DNA of 64,000 bases, taken from contig JBHGNT010000010.1 in NCBI GenBank assembly GCA_043228905.1, forward strand, positions 20,646,001 through 20,710,000, written 5' to 3'. Each line of letters opens with the position of its first letter. The first letter of the stretch is position 1. The notes under the pieces were generated by a model, which was given only the letters and a program-made list of their open reading frames with translations, made no database searches and was not told where the DNA came from. The position numbers and the translations under genes were made by a program. This DNA comes from Azolla caroliniana (taxonomy: Eukaryota; Plantae; Polypodiophyta). Positions 24,176 to 42,700 of the stretch are shown here, one piece after another.

Positions 24176-24204
<29 letters not shown>

Positions 24205-24379
24205 CCACACACACATTTGCACCCCACCCCACTCTTTTTGTGTTAACCAAAACATTTATAATCCCCTGTGGACATCTTAAGGAGGTTTACATGCATGTTG
24301 AATTCTAAAATGTCAGCTAGGAACGGGATCTATAATGCTTACAACATGGACATAGGAGCTAAATTTAATTACAATAAAA

Positions 24380-24500
24380 TATATGGAGAATGTGGGGTAA
24401 TGGCTCAATTGATTTATTCACAATGCATCAATATATATGGAGAATGTGGGGTAATGGCTCAATTGATTTATTCACAATGCATCAATATATATGGAGAATT
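24380..24500. repeat. ~54-bp tandem repeat (about 2.2 copies)
   Basis: atatatggagaatgtggggtaatggctcaattgatttattcacaatgcatcaat is repeated. Confidence 0.9.
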
Positions 24501-25124
24501 CTATCAACAAATATGTATGGAGTATTTGCTTCATTACCATCATTATGTATATGCATAATGATTGTCCCCACATTTACACCACCATATTCTCCAAAACAAC
24601 TTGTATCAACAATAAATCTTCAATCAAGATTGATAAGTACCCCCATTTTCCCAATCAATCTTTCATACATAACTCTTAGGTTTTCATATTCTGCATATCT
24701 AGCAACTTGCCTTAAAAACCATTCCTTATGCTTTCCTAGGAAATTCATACAAAATAACTTTTATCAACAATAAATCTTCAATCAAGATTTACACATCCAC
24801 ACGCACTGACAATATAGCAATCGGTTATTCTTCGTGATATTATGCAATATCCAATTAATCAAAGTGTTTCAACAATGAGTCAATGGAATTACATTATGCA
24901 CATGATTCAAAATTACAACGATTGCGTTGCATTCTTCAAAAATACAAGATACCATCCAATACAAAGTCCATAGTATCAAGGGATCGTATAATACTCACTC
25001 TCTAGAGATTGTATCATCTTTTTAAGAAGTCAATGGCTTTAACACAAAGACGTGAACACACGACCATGTTAGATTAACTTGGTTTCCCTCGGTATAAAGG
25101 GGATGATATTAGTTGAGCATTCAA

Positions 25125-27002
25125 TCATAGACTAAAAAATGAGGATAAGGTTAGAAGTGCCAGTAGAGTGAGAGATATGAGCAAACCAGTCTTATTTGAG
25201 GCTGAATAAACTCCTACTAAAAACCGACAATCTCCGATAGAGGGATCGACAAATGTGACAACACCGAGCCCATCAAAAAAGCAACTACTAGCATCTTGAT
25301 TGTTAAGTTGATAGTAACTATTGAATGCATAGGATGCATTAGCTGGAGCACCAATTGAGCTACATGATCCGCCATCAACAAGGGCAGTACAATCGGCAGC
25401 TGCACATGCAATTTGTGCATTTAATAGCAAATGTGATGCATTCGTCTTCGGATTGGCCACACACCACCTTATCGGTAAGTACGGCACTCCCTCGGCATTG
25501 ACTAAATCGTTCCTTGACCCTTGACCTTGAATGGACACCGACGATTGACCAGTCAAATCTAGCATATACTTACCTTGACCATCGAATGTGAACACTCCCC
25601 AATGTCGTTCGAAATTCCCTGGGAGCACGCTCTTTTGATTCTCATCTAGGAGGCTGAACAAGTACACATTTACAATGACACCGGGACGTAGTGGTGTGCC
25701 TTTCTTGCTCGCGAGGTGATTGATTAGACCTTGATTGAAGTTCTTTGCATTAGAGAGGTTGGCATGGATGCCACCATCAGAAGGCCACCCTATCTCCCCT
25801 ATTATAACCTCCATGCTTCTAAAGCCGATGCTCGATAGAGCCACAATTGTCATATCCACACTTGCATCAAATGCATTTGTATATGTGATTGAACCATCGA
25901 GCACTGGGTGGAGCGACCCATTGAAAAATGCATAATCCTCAGGGAAATCTGCTTGTTGCATTAGGTCTAAGAATGGATAGATGTTCACTACGAATGGCGA
26001 ATTGATTTGATCCAAAAATGAGACAATTTGCTTCATCGTGTCTATCATGTCAGGCCGGAATTCGGCTTTTGAGGGGGCAGTACTCCAAATCACATCAGCA
26101 TTGCAAGGTATCGTGAGCTTCACTATGTTTTGTAGCCCAACTTTTACCAGAGATTGATGCATATTGTATAGAGCTTGATAGGTGTATTTTGCATACTGGG
26201 TTCCATAATTAGTTAGGAATGGCTCATTTCCGAGAGCAATATACCTGCAAGTATAATCATGAGAAGATGTAGCTTTAGACATTTTCCAGTGTGGTAGACA
26301 GGACAATTTTCCGCGTGTTTGCCTGCAATGTTCGGCATTGCGCGTATATGCATGTAGGTAGGTAGGTGTGCATATACATATGCATTGATGTATATGTATA
26401 TGTATGTGTGCATCAGCCTAAGGATGTTCATCCAGTTAAGTCCACATCTGTGGTGTGGCTGGAATGATAGTATGTGAAAATGGTCATAAGGTAGTCCTCA
26501 TACATACAATACAATACAATACACACATACACATACACATACATACATACATACATACATACATACACATACACATACACATGTATGATGTACATGATAA
26601 AATGGCATACATGCATATATAAACATGTGTGAAAACACAATATACTTACTTGAAGTTAACTCCTCCTTTACCCATGAAATCCGTGAGGTTTTCCTTGACC
26701 CAAGCATCAGTGGCTATGGAAGAGGCTGCAAAAGGCTGAAGGTATTCATTCTGGATACCGACCATAACCTCGATACCAGACCCAGCTAAGGCAGATAGAA
26801 CCTGTGGGTCGGCATCAAAAAGCTTGATTTTTGTGATATTGTTAGCCCGGAGGAGCTTCACCACAATGGGGGGGGGAAGTGGCAGATGCGTGAGATGGCC
26901 CCAGTTGAACCCGACTGCGGAGGAAGAGATTTGGCCTAATAACTGCAACTGAAGTAGGGTTAAAAGGAGGAGGAAGAAGAAGAAGAAGGTGAGATTCTCC
27001 AT
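25125..27002 (-). CDS. Glucan endo-1,3-beta-glucosidase (GH17 + X8), probably GPI-anchored; exons 27002-26650 and 26244-25125
   Basis: Signal peptide, GFNWG, KLFDAD, IALGNEP, IGEIGWPSDG, FERHWGVF, X8 WCVA...C...ASYAFNSYYQ and a hydrophobic C-terminus. Single GT-AG intron containing (TACA)n. Confidence 0.95.
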
Positions 27003-27184
27003 ATGTTGGGGTCTTCTGTGTGTGTGTGTGTGCTCTGTGACAAGAGGAGGAAGAGTGTGGTTTCATCATTTGGGGGGGGGGTGAAAGTGAAGGTGAAGAT
27101 GAAGATGAAGGAAAGGAATCCAACAGAAAAAAGTTGTTTTACGTGGGTTCACACGCCCATCCAGCCAGATATATTAGAATTTAG

Positions 27185-27520
27185 GAGTAGTAATAGTAGT
27201 AGTAGAAATGGTTGTAGTAGAAGTGATAATAATAGTGGTAGTGGTAGTGGTAGTGGTAGTGGTAGAATTAGTGTTAGTAATTGGTAGTTGGTAGTTAGTA
27301 GTTAGTAGTTAGTAGTTAGTAGACTCTTAAGGAATTGAGGTAATGGTAGTAGCTAATTCCATATAACTTATAAGGAGTTATATATATTTGTTGTTGTAGT
27401 AGTGTTAGTATTAGTAGTAGTAGTGGCGAACTGTGGTAGTGGTAGTGGTAGTGGTAGTGAATTGTGATAGGGTAGTAGTAGCCAACACCACCAACACTAG
27501 TAGTGGTAGTGATAATAGTT
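27185..27520. repeat. GTA/GTG/GTTAGTA microsatellite-rich tract
   Basis: Runs of agtagt, ggtagt and agttagt are directly visible. Confidence 0.85.
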
Positions 27521-28449
27521 TTTGTAGGGGAAGGTCACATCACATTGTGACGAACACTTTGGTTGCCCACAAAACCCATGCCGCCACCCTTCACAGTTCA
27601 AAGTCTTGTCTATGTGGGGCTCAAACACATGACCTTTTTCGTCCCCATTGTGACCCCGCCTTACCAACTGTTCCACTCATTACATCCTACCAAGGATCCA
27701 TTTCGAATAAAAATGTCGCTCAAACATCATCGGGCATTATTGGGTTGTAAACTCGACTTTTGAGTTGAGGTCACCAATAACGGAGACCATCGACTTCTAA
27801 GGTTATGGTCGAGAATGTGTATTGAGTCCAACTTGGACACATGTGTTCGTGTGGCCATATATCATGTATGTTTTTTTATTATTTATTCGAGCTCATGATG
27901 TGTCAAAAGGGATTTTCCTTTTTAGCAAATGTCTCTAGGATAGGTTTACGCTCGATCTTGGAACTGCTTGTCATTGGTGATAAGATGATTCATGGGATGT
28001 GAGAGAAGACGAAATAAAGATTGTGTCGATGGAGCTTTTATGGTAGTTAGGAACAAATGACCATAAAAATGTCTTCTGGTTTGTAGCAAGCCTCACCATT
28101 TTTAACATGTCAGCCACTTTCCAGAATCCAAGCATTTCAATTGGGCGTTCATTAAATGGGTCTTAAATGTAGACAATGGGTTATCACTTTACCACAACAA
28201 CATTTGCACTTTTATTGTAATTTGTCGCATATGCAAACTACTTTGATTGGGCAGCCATTCTTTTTCTACTCAATCTAAAACGTAGGTTCGGTAAGTGTTG
28301 CTTTTAGGAATAAGAGAAGGCAATGCAATTTGGATCTATCCAACTTCTTTCGGTTCAAATATCGCTCTCTAGCCGTGGTCACGAATCCATATGTTTTGAC
28401 ACCCGATGGTATTCGACAAGAACATATGGCAGCCCTTGTGAGAGTTTGG

Positions 28450-28602
28450 CCAAACCGGTTAGGTTAGCCTTAACCGGTCTTCAGGAACCAGGTCGGTTCA
28501 AGTTTGGAAACTCCCAAACCGGTTAAGGCTTAACCGGTTTGATTTGGACAATGCCAAACCGGCTAAGCCGGAACCCCGAACCGTTTCCGATTCCTAGCAC
28601 TG
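28450..28602. mobile_element. AACCGG-rich palindromic DNA-transposon end (hAT-like MITE remnant)
   Basis: Multiple AACCGG motifs, a palindrome at 28515-28541, and a terminus reading CAGTGCTAGGAATCGGAAACGG on the minus strand. No partner TIR found. Confidence 0.5.
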
Positions 28603-28720
28603 GCGGCCGATTCGTGTAAGAAAGAAAGATGGATGATGATCTTGGAGATCTCAAAACTCAGAAATGAACAGAAGAAATAAAAAAATTCTTTCATTTCTTC
28701 TGAAGGGAATTGAGAGAGCA

Positions 28721-28743
28721 TTTAGGGTTTAGGGTTTAGGGTT
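28721..28743 (+). promoter_or_regulatory. Telo-box cluster (TTTAGGG x3) just upstream of the SEC23 ATG
   Basis: tttagggtttagggtttagggtt ends 40 nt before the ATG. Confidence 0.7.
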
Positions 28744-28782
28744 GTGGAGAAGAGAAAGAATTAGACACCCTAAATTCGAGGA

Positions 28783-34143
<5,361 letters not shown>

Positions 34144-35753
34144 GAAACTGATGATCTTTGAAGACATGCCAAAGGGGTTTTATATTCTAGGAAATAAGGT
34201 TTTTAGTGAACAAAAAAAAGGTTTGTAAAATAATGCTCTCAAGAAAGTATCTTGTATGTAAAAATTATTCATTAAATTCATGAATTCTTGTAATAGAAGA
34301 ATACCTTTATGTCTCATATTTTTAACTCTTAAGGTTCTTAAAGACAAGTTTTAAAAGACAATATTGATCAATTCTGTCACTCATTTTCTTTGGTTCTATT
34401 GGAGAAGTTGAGTTGTGCTAATCTTAAACGAAATATACATATCATGCACAATCAACCCTTTACACTCAAATCAGGTAACCAAAGTATAGTGGTTTGTAAG
34501 TCAAGGGTGAAGAAATTGACGATGGTAACACTTAATTAAATGAGGTGAGACAAGTTGAAATATGTATAGGCCAAATATATACAGAACGTGTAGAAGGCTT
34601 GTCGATCAGATTTATAAAAAACTATGGATAGGTAAACTTTCATTGGGTACCTTAAAATAGTGGGGTCTTATAAAGCAAGTATGTATGGGATAACACAATA
34701 TAAAAGAGTTAAATGTTATCATCCTTTGACGGCAAATATGATTTGCAGGACAAAGTTGAACAACTTTTCATGCCATTTGTGCAGACTTGATACTTTCATT
34801 AACTGTGCTAGCTATGAATGAGAGGGACTGAGGTGTAAGTGTCCATTCTATTTGCTATTATGTTTCCTCATTCATATGTGACAAGTTACAAGGCACAAGA
34901 GTTGTGCCGAGTTAGGGACTAAAGCATGTACATCTGTTTTTTGTTGGAAAGAAAATAATGCATAGTCTTGCAAATTGAGCAAAGGTAACCTTGCAAGCGC
35001 AATCAAAGAACTGAAGAGTAAAATGCTCAGAATCACGTAATTAAGAACCATGCTTATTTTTGGCAAGTATACAAATACGCATGCTCTCCCAATAGTTGAA
35101 GCACTCACGAGCATTTACCTCAAAAACATATACATGTAGGACTGCACAACATAGTCCAACAAGCAAAGAAACATGACACTTGCAAGTAAAGGAATATATG
35201 AAAGCACTCGTAAACAAAAACATCGGAACATGCAAGTGGAGATATATACCTAGTTCTGCAAGTAAAAGTAGTGGCTATTCTTCGGAGATATACATATATA
35301 CGTAGATCTGCAAGTAAAAAGTAGTGGCTCTTTGAAGAATACGAGATGTACGCGGCCTTGTGTCTAAGTAAAAATCAAGCAAAAGAAATGTATTGAAAAC
35401 ATGTACACCTGTATACAAATATGTGTATATATATGTATTTATATTAGCAAAAATACAATAATTAGCAAAAATATCTGTAAAAGGACATATAAGTAAATAT
35501 CTGGAAAAACAGGCAGTCAAATATACATTTATGTATGGAAATTTCTGGAAGGACAGATTAGTATGTATATATCTCAGGATCCCAATCCATTTCCACAGAT
35601 CAGGCTTTTAGTAGCATTCCCTGAGAAGGAGACAGACAGTCAGCAAGACAGGAAGGAAGAGGAAGCAAGGTTTAGGGTTTCAAATCTAGCAGGAACAGAG
35701 TAACAGAAAGAACTGTTCTTCTAAGGAAGGGTTCCAAGGAAGAAATATAGAAA

Positions 35754-36829
35754 ATGAAGCAACAGAAGCATGATGGGAATCATCCGATGCAACCCCTCTG
35801 CCCCAGGAAGCAGCCGTGGCTGAGCTCGCAGACAATAGGCAGTAGGCCTGCAGCCATGACCCGAAGCTTCTCTAACCCTCACATCGCACCTCAACTCTCT
35901 GTTGAAGATCTTCTCCTTCTTCGCCAGCGTATTGCAGATCGAGCTTCTGTTAAGCTGGAGAAGCTTCACTCTGCTGTTGATACTCGACGGCATGATCGGG
36001 TAATAATAGTTCTCTTCTTTCATCTGTCGTATCTGCTGTTTTCCATTTTTGGACTCGTAGATGTGTAGATATAGTTTCTGAAGTTAGTTGATCTTATAGA
36101 TTGCTAGGTTTTGTCATGACATTCAGTTCAATTCCTAGATCTGCATTGGCTTTTAGCGATAATGGATAGGATTGCTATGAATGCTTCTCAAGGTTTGTTT
36201 TGTAGTTCTGCATAGGTAGTGAGGCCTTGTGTAAGTTTTACATCACTTAAAATGTCTGCAGCAGTAATCAGGGTATTACAGGTTTGATCTTCCTCTTGGA
36301 TATGCTGAGATCATTAGGATTCCTGTCAAGTTAGGTCAACGCCTAGATTCACAGCGAATAATGGAATTTAGGTCTGCTTCAGCTCCTTGATCTGCAGAGA
36401 TATGAGGGCTTTGTGATGATCTCATTAGTCTGAAGAGATAATTTAGGTTTTATGTCAGGTTTAGATCTACTCATTGATCTGAAGAATTGATTGGACTGGG
36501 TAAGGTTAATGTGGTTCTTAAGCTTCAATAGACCCAAGGAATTATCGTAGTTAATATCTTACGGCAAGTCCTTTGTAATTGAACCTTGGGAAATAAAATT
36601 AGGTCTTAGCTTATTAGTTAAGAAAGTTAGTTATTAAATGGAAATCCTTTGTTAAGGTGATGAGACAGTGTGATGATTTCATCTTATGTTGTTACGAACA
36701 AAATAGGCTCATTCCATAATGGTTTCTCTTGTACAGAGGCTTCAGAGACAGAAGTATAGTGGTGATGACGCAGGAAGGAAAGTGAAGGCATTGCAAGAGG
36801 TAGAAGAGTTGAAGAGAAGCTCTCACTAA
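35754..36829 (+). CDS. Small two-exon protein of unknown function (~112 aa; exons 35754-35999 and 36737-36829)
   Basis: GT at 36000 and tacAG at 36736 join in frame (…RRHDR|RLQRQKYSGDDAGRKVKALQEVEELKRSSH*). Upstream telo-box at ~35670. Confidence 0.55.
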
Positions 36830-37027
36830 TTGAGCTCATCTAATCGACCTTATAATCCTTATGTATATAGTCTGTATTTCGGTTGGGCCTTTGGGAGTTC
36901 TCTAAAGGTTTGGAAGTTAAAAGTATTTTATCCGTAGGTTCTCTATAGGTTGGAACCCTATTGGAGGTAATATTTATCTGCCGTATTTGTGTGTTCTCAG
37001 CTCTAAGTAAATGGTCGAGTGGATGTA

Positions 37028-37870
37028 GTTTGTTTTTTAACTTTATATATGGATGGATGGCTTCCTTTACTTTATAGTTTAGCAGTGATATAGTTTGTTT
37101 GATGGTTACATGGATGCAAACGTCTCTTACTTACAATTACAGCAATGCTTTCGTAACAGAAAAGATTTGCTGTAAATTATCCTCGATCACAACAATGATT
37201 TTCTATTATAAGAGATTTGCTGTAAATTTAATTTTATGGTTTTGCATGATGTGATAATTTTGTTTTTTAACTTTATATGAATGGATGGCTTCCTTTACTT
37301 ACATGAAACAGAGACTGTAAATTTATAGTTTAGCAATGGTATAGTTTGTTTGATGGTCACATGGATGCAAACTTTCGACTTAATTTTACAACAATGATTT
37401 CCTAGCATAAAAGAAGTTAAATAGGAATTTTTTATTATAAAAGATTTGCTGTAAATTTAATTTTATGGTTTTGCATGATGTGATCATTTACAGAGAAAGG
37501 GTGTTGAGAGTTCCTGAGTTACTGGTAAAATGTGTAATAAAGTTGCATGGTGATTCTTCATGGTTACAGGGGATTAATGGCCTAGTTCTGATCACAATAG
37601 TGTTTGTTCAATGTAAAAGATAAATACTGCATAGGTTGTTTCATGGTATCCTTGACCACATTTCTGTAAAATGGATTTGACTTTATAAACCCTAAACCTT
37701 AACTCATCAGAAAGCTATTTTGTCATGAGGTCTAGGATTTGACGATTTAATTAATACTGCATAGGTTGTTTCATGGTATCCTTGACCACATTTCTGTAAA
37801 ATGGATTTGAATTTCTAAACCCTAAACTCATCAGAAAGCTATTTTGTCATGAGGGCAAGGATTTGACGTT
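37028..37870. repeat. Two local tandem duplications (~230-bp and ~130-bp units)
   Basis: ttgttttttaactttatat...atggatgcaaac occurs twice; aatactgcataggttgtttcatggtatcc...ggatttgacg occurs twice. Confidence 0.85.
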
Positions 37871-38064
37871 TTAATGTAAAACATATCACTGAGGGCAATA
37901 CATGATAATAATATTGCTGGTGTTTTTAATCTGTCTAATAAAAAGCATATTAAAAAAAGAACTGGTGCCAAAAAAATTCTCAACCCCAACAGTAACTCCT
38001 GTGATCCACAAACAACCAAAGGTAATCAAAAGAAACATCAGTTTTCTCTTTGATTGGAAGAATG

Positions 38065-38350
38065 AAGCATGCGTGAACTGATCAGATGCTTCTCCTGATT
38101 TCCTTTGGCGCAGCTGGGCCATCCTGGACTTGAACCAGAGACCTCGCCTGTGAAATGAATAATCGCACCTACTCTATTGTTATTGTTATCTCATCAGAAT
38201 CGAAAATTAATAGATTCTTTCTTAGAAGCGGCTCATCCTTCCCCATCCTTCCCTTGGATATACGAAGATATTTCTACATCCTTCCACATCGAGAGACACG
38301 AGATTGAGGTTTGTGCGACACACGGTGATTCATTATTATTCCAAGGGAAC
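38065..38350 (-). pseudogene. trnI-GAU: Nuclear plastid insertion (NUPT): trnI-GAU intron end, exon 2 (38151-38115) and trnI-trnA spacer
   Basis: Minus strand acaggcgaggtctctggttcaagtccaggatggccca followed by gctgcgcc...agaagcatctga...gcatgct, as recalled for the plastid rRNA operon. The left part is clear; the right boundary is uncertain. Confidence 0.85.
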
Positions 38351-39748
38351 CAACACAATAGGAATAAGCACCTAGAACTAGTCTGTGTTTGCATATACAA
38401 AATCTACAAAATCAATTAAGTTGTGTAAAACTACTATGATGGGTTCACAATAGAAGTAAGCACCTAGAACTAGTCTGTATAAGATTATTAGCTATGGTCA
38501 ATTGAGGATGACTGTCTGGACAGGAGGATTTGGATCTTTCATTCATATTTTAGATAATCACAAAAGAAGTCAACATATCGGGAGCACCAAAGCCTAAAAC
38601 CTATCCGATGATTTTTATTTTTTTTACCGCAGCAATCACACTATGCAAAGATCCTTGTCTGTTTAGACATGGAAAATAATTGCATAATCGGATACTATAT
38701 ATGCTCATTTTTCAATACATGGGAAAAGTGATTGCATTATTGTGAAATGATTTCCCAGGATTTTGTGATTTTGCAACAATGATAAATGCTTTTGGCATTT
38801 TTGTAGTGAGTTCAGGTTTAGGCTTTCCTTGCATCAAATTAAACAGTCTCGTTTGGTTCCATATCAACTATCAGCATATAGAAAAATGTAGAAGGCATAA
38901 AACACTCCATGCAACGGCCCACTTTCCAAGGTAAATGATTAACTTGCAACACAACACATCTACTGCTTATCACCGTTGCAAGTACCTTGGAGCTGTTTTA
39001 CTTTTTTATGCATGTTTTACTTTATTTCATTCATTTACACCATATTCCGCAATTGAAATTACAAATATCAGAGAATCACCTACTCAATAAAAATACGTTA
39101 TGCAAAAATGTTACAACATTTTTCTACTAATAAAAGAACAAGCAATTGAAATTACAGATATCACAGAATCACCTACTCAACAACCACATTGAATAATAAA
39201 AATACATTATGCAAAAATGTTACAAACATTTTTCTACTCAATAAAAGAACAAGCCGCATGATGAAATTAATAATACAAATCTGGCCTGAGAGCTTTACTT
39301 TAAACTCGATGTTCGAAACAACTAGTCAAATGAAACTATTATATTGCTGTCAGCCTCTTGCATTTCTATCGATTTGTCACGAATTTTATATCCTCACCAA
39401 TAAATATGGCTGATGGAGATATGCGTCACATTTGTGCACATGCAACCTGATAGCTTCACAGCCTTTGCTATGAATCAAGTTTTTGGTTTACTTCATTGAC
39501 TCTTTCTTCGGCAAGCATCAGTTATTGTGTCTTGTAATCAAAACTATAAAGAATTGTGGAGAAATGCTGTATTTCGATTGTTGAAAGATTGCTGATGGCA
39601 ATGGTAAGATTTGCAAAGGATCTAACAAGTGGCCTTCTGCAAAGATCTAGTTGAAACAGCCATTGTTGTTGGCCTTTACGAAAACACCTAGTAAATCGAG
39701 AGTATTTGAATATAATCCTCAAATATTTCTGTGTAATTAAGCATATCA

Positions 39749-42700
39749 TCATAATAACTTGCTGGTCCGTCTTCTTGACGACCCTCCTGGGAAGAGTCGC
39801 ATGATCCATCCAAGTACACGCTCCACAACCTGGACAAATATTTGCAGTACAAGATAAGACACTTAGACATCTTTAATAGATACATTTGTGTTAGAGCCAC
39901 TTTCTGAAATTCTCAAATACTACTCTTTCCTCTACTCCATCAACAATCATCCCAAACGAATTTAACAGATTTTGTAAAGAAATTGTAGAAGGGAAAATGA
40001 AGGGAAATGGGAATTTCACAAGAAACAAGTGTATTCTGGTAAATTTCGTATAGATTTGACTTGTGTGCAGAAAATAAACAAATTAGAAATCCAGGTTCTT
40101 AGGGTTATTCAAGACTAGAGTAGAGAAAATACACAAAGCACATTTGAGGTACACTAATGTCTAGGGGACAAATCATTATGTTGAATTCACTGAACGTTAC
40201 AGAAACAACTTATCAAAAAATAAATGTGCATAACCATTTACAAGATAACTTTTTGATAGTAACATTTCAGACTACTTAGAAACAGATAATACATACCTCA
40301 TCTCCTTCATCTACAAAATACGCTTCTTGTGCTTCATTTAAATTTGTCACATCTCCACTCACTCCATTCGCCATATTCTGAGTGACAACAAGCTCTAATC
40401 GTTGTGTTTGCAATTCAAGCTTCTTCGATAGTTCTGTATTCAATATCTGAAAAGATAATAAAAGAACCGAATGTCCCAAAATGAGGGATGTGAGCTCTGT
40501 TTCAAAGTTTGAGATAAGAAACAAGATGGCACTCAGTTTATCACCTGCAGCTCAGAGACTTCCGAGAATTGTTTTCTGAGCATTTCCAGCAAAGACTCTT
40601 TTTCTGTGACCAGCTGAATCCATAAAATACATTTGCAAATTATTTCTGACTTTACTTTGAGAATGCTAAACTATCTACAAGGCACCTCTACTTTGAGAAT
40701 GCTTTTGATGTAACTCTCTTCCATGCAGGTATCATAACTTCTTAAATTATCTTTTCAGACATTTCATGCGCAGTGAACCATCAGAAACACATTCTAGTTG
40801 GAGATAAGTAAGCATTTTTACCTCTGTGATGAGTAAGTCAATGTTGTTGATCAATCTGGTCTCATCAGAAGAGAGAGTTGCTCCTGTAGACATCATGTTG
40901 TACCCCAATTGATGGTGTTGGGAGGGTATCACCATTGAGGTTGATATATTATGCATATCCCCATGTGGTTGTAAACTGTTTATGTTTGATAATTCGTTTG
41001 TTTCTACAATCAGTGGTATCATCATAGATTGGCAAAAAAACATTAGACATCGGCATCCAGCAATGAACAAATTAAGAATTGCATGAGCGCACGCTATGAA
41101 TATATGTGAGCAGATAAGTAATCGTCAGCGGCAACAACTTGTAAACCTACAAATAACTATACCATACCAAAATCGGTGGAAGTTGAGACTTCTCTTGTTT
41201 CTCTTCGTTCCACTACAGTAGTTTTAGAGCCATCGTTAACCAGGTTTTGTTGTAGGTGGGCTTGCAATAACTTCTTATCTACAAAGATAGAAAATTTTCT
41301 CCTTCATTATGAAACATGTTTCTGAAATTTTTATTTGCCAGACATTTCCATATATGTTAATCGATAGCAGTTAAGCAGATTACAGATTGAATTCAATCAA
41401 GGAATACGGCCAATCTCTAGGAAATATGAATCAGTATCACAAATCTCTATATATGGGGAAATAGATATAAATATCCATCAACACTAATTAATAAATAAGC
41501 ATCCATATAATACCTTCTTGCAAAGCCTCTAACATAGATCTCAGGTTTTGTCTATCCTTTTCCAGAGCTGCTGACTGTCCCCTGAGAAAAATAAGAACCA
41601 GGAGGCAACCATGTGAAATAGTAGCACATAATTTTATTACTATCAAAAAAACGAAAGAAGGGAAACAGCATCAACAAAATTTTGTCATGGGAAGTGATTC
41701 TAAGTATTATATAAACTTCTAAGCAGCGCATGAGCAACTAGATTTGGACCAAAATCTCCTGAGACAAAAATTCTCAACCTATGCAAAATATCCCAGTGGC
41801 AAAAGACCTATAATAGAGAAAAAAAACATCAAATATATATTTACAACCTGCAGCATATGCAAAATCCTTAAACCTTTCTATGACCTAACCAAGGGACGTA
41901 CTGTCTTATCCAATTTTACTGAAAGAGCTGATACATGAAAGATCATCAAATTCACCACACATGGCATGCTCAAAACGATCCTAAAGTCCTGTTGACATCA
42001 TCAGTGCCCTATATGGCTGTAGGCTTTGTAAAAATAATCAAAAAGGTAAATCAATCAATTTTTAACGTTATATTAATGGTCACTACTTGCAACACAAAGC
42101 AAATCTGATCACAATTCAATTAACCTCTGCATGTCATGCAGATTTATTAGTACTAGAAAACACAGTAAAGAAATGTTGCAGTGCCAATAGATTTTCAATG
42201 TCTGCCTACCTGTAAGATCCATTTTCTGATTTCAAGGACTCAAGTTCTCTTTGCAATTTCAACTCACTTGAACGAAGCTTCAGTACCTAGTGATTTCCAA
42301 AATTCAAGGTTAGTTCCATCTTCCAAATCACCAGAGATGACCCTTTGGTGATGTGAATGAAACTTGAACATATACAGATGTCTTTTGGCAAATTTCATCA
42401 CTCTGGGCTATTATATGAACATTCTCAGATTTAATCATACATCACAGTTTTGAGGATCGTTTAAATTTAGCATAAGTCACTTAGGGTTTCACCTTTTCTT
42501 CAAGACTAATCACCTCTCCTGCAAGAATCTGAGATCGTTCTAGTGCAGAATTGTTCTCTTGTTGAGCCTTTTCCCTTTCAATCATTAAGCTGCTTAGGAC
42601 TGACTGGATCAGCATTAACAATGCAAATTATGGCCTCAGAATACATCAGATGAAATTAGGGACATCAACATAGAAAATGAACACATATTCCCTACATCCT

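Noticed and set aside
24380-24500. Repeat resembling a CRISPR array
   Set aside because: Contiguous tandem units without spacers, in a eukaryotic context with no cas genes.
28721-28743. Telomere or chromosome-fusion scar
   Set aside because: Only three units in a gene leader; typical telo-box.
38115-38151. Functional nuclear tRNA-Ile
   Set aside because: Only exon 2 of the intron-containing plastid gene is present.
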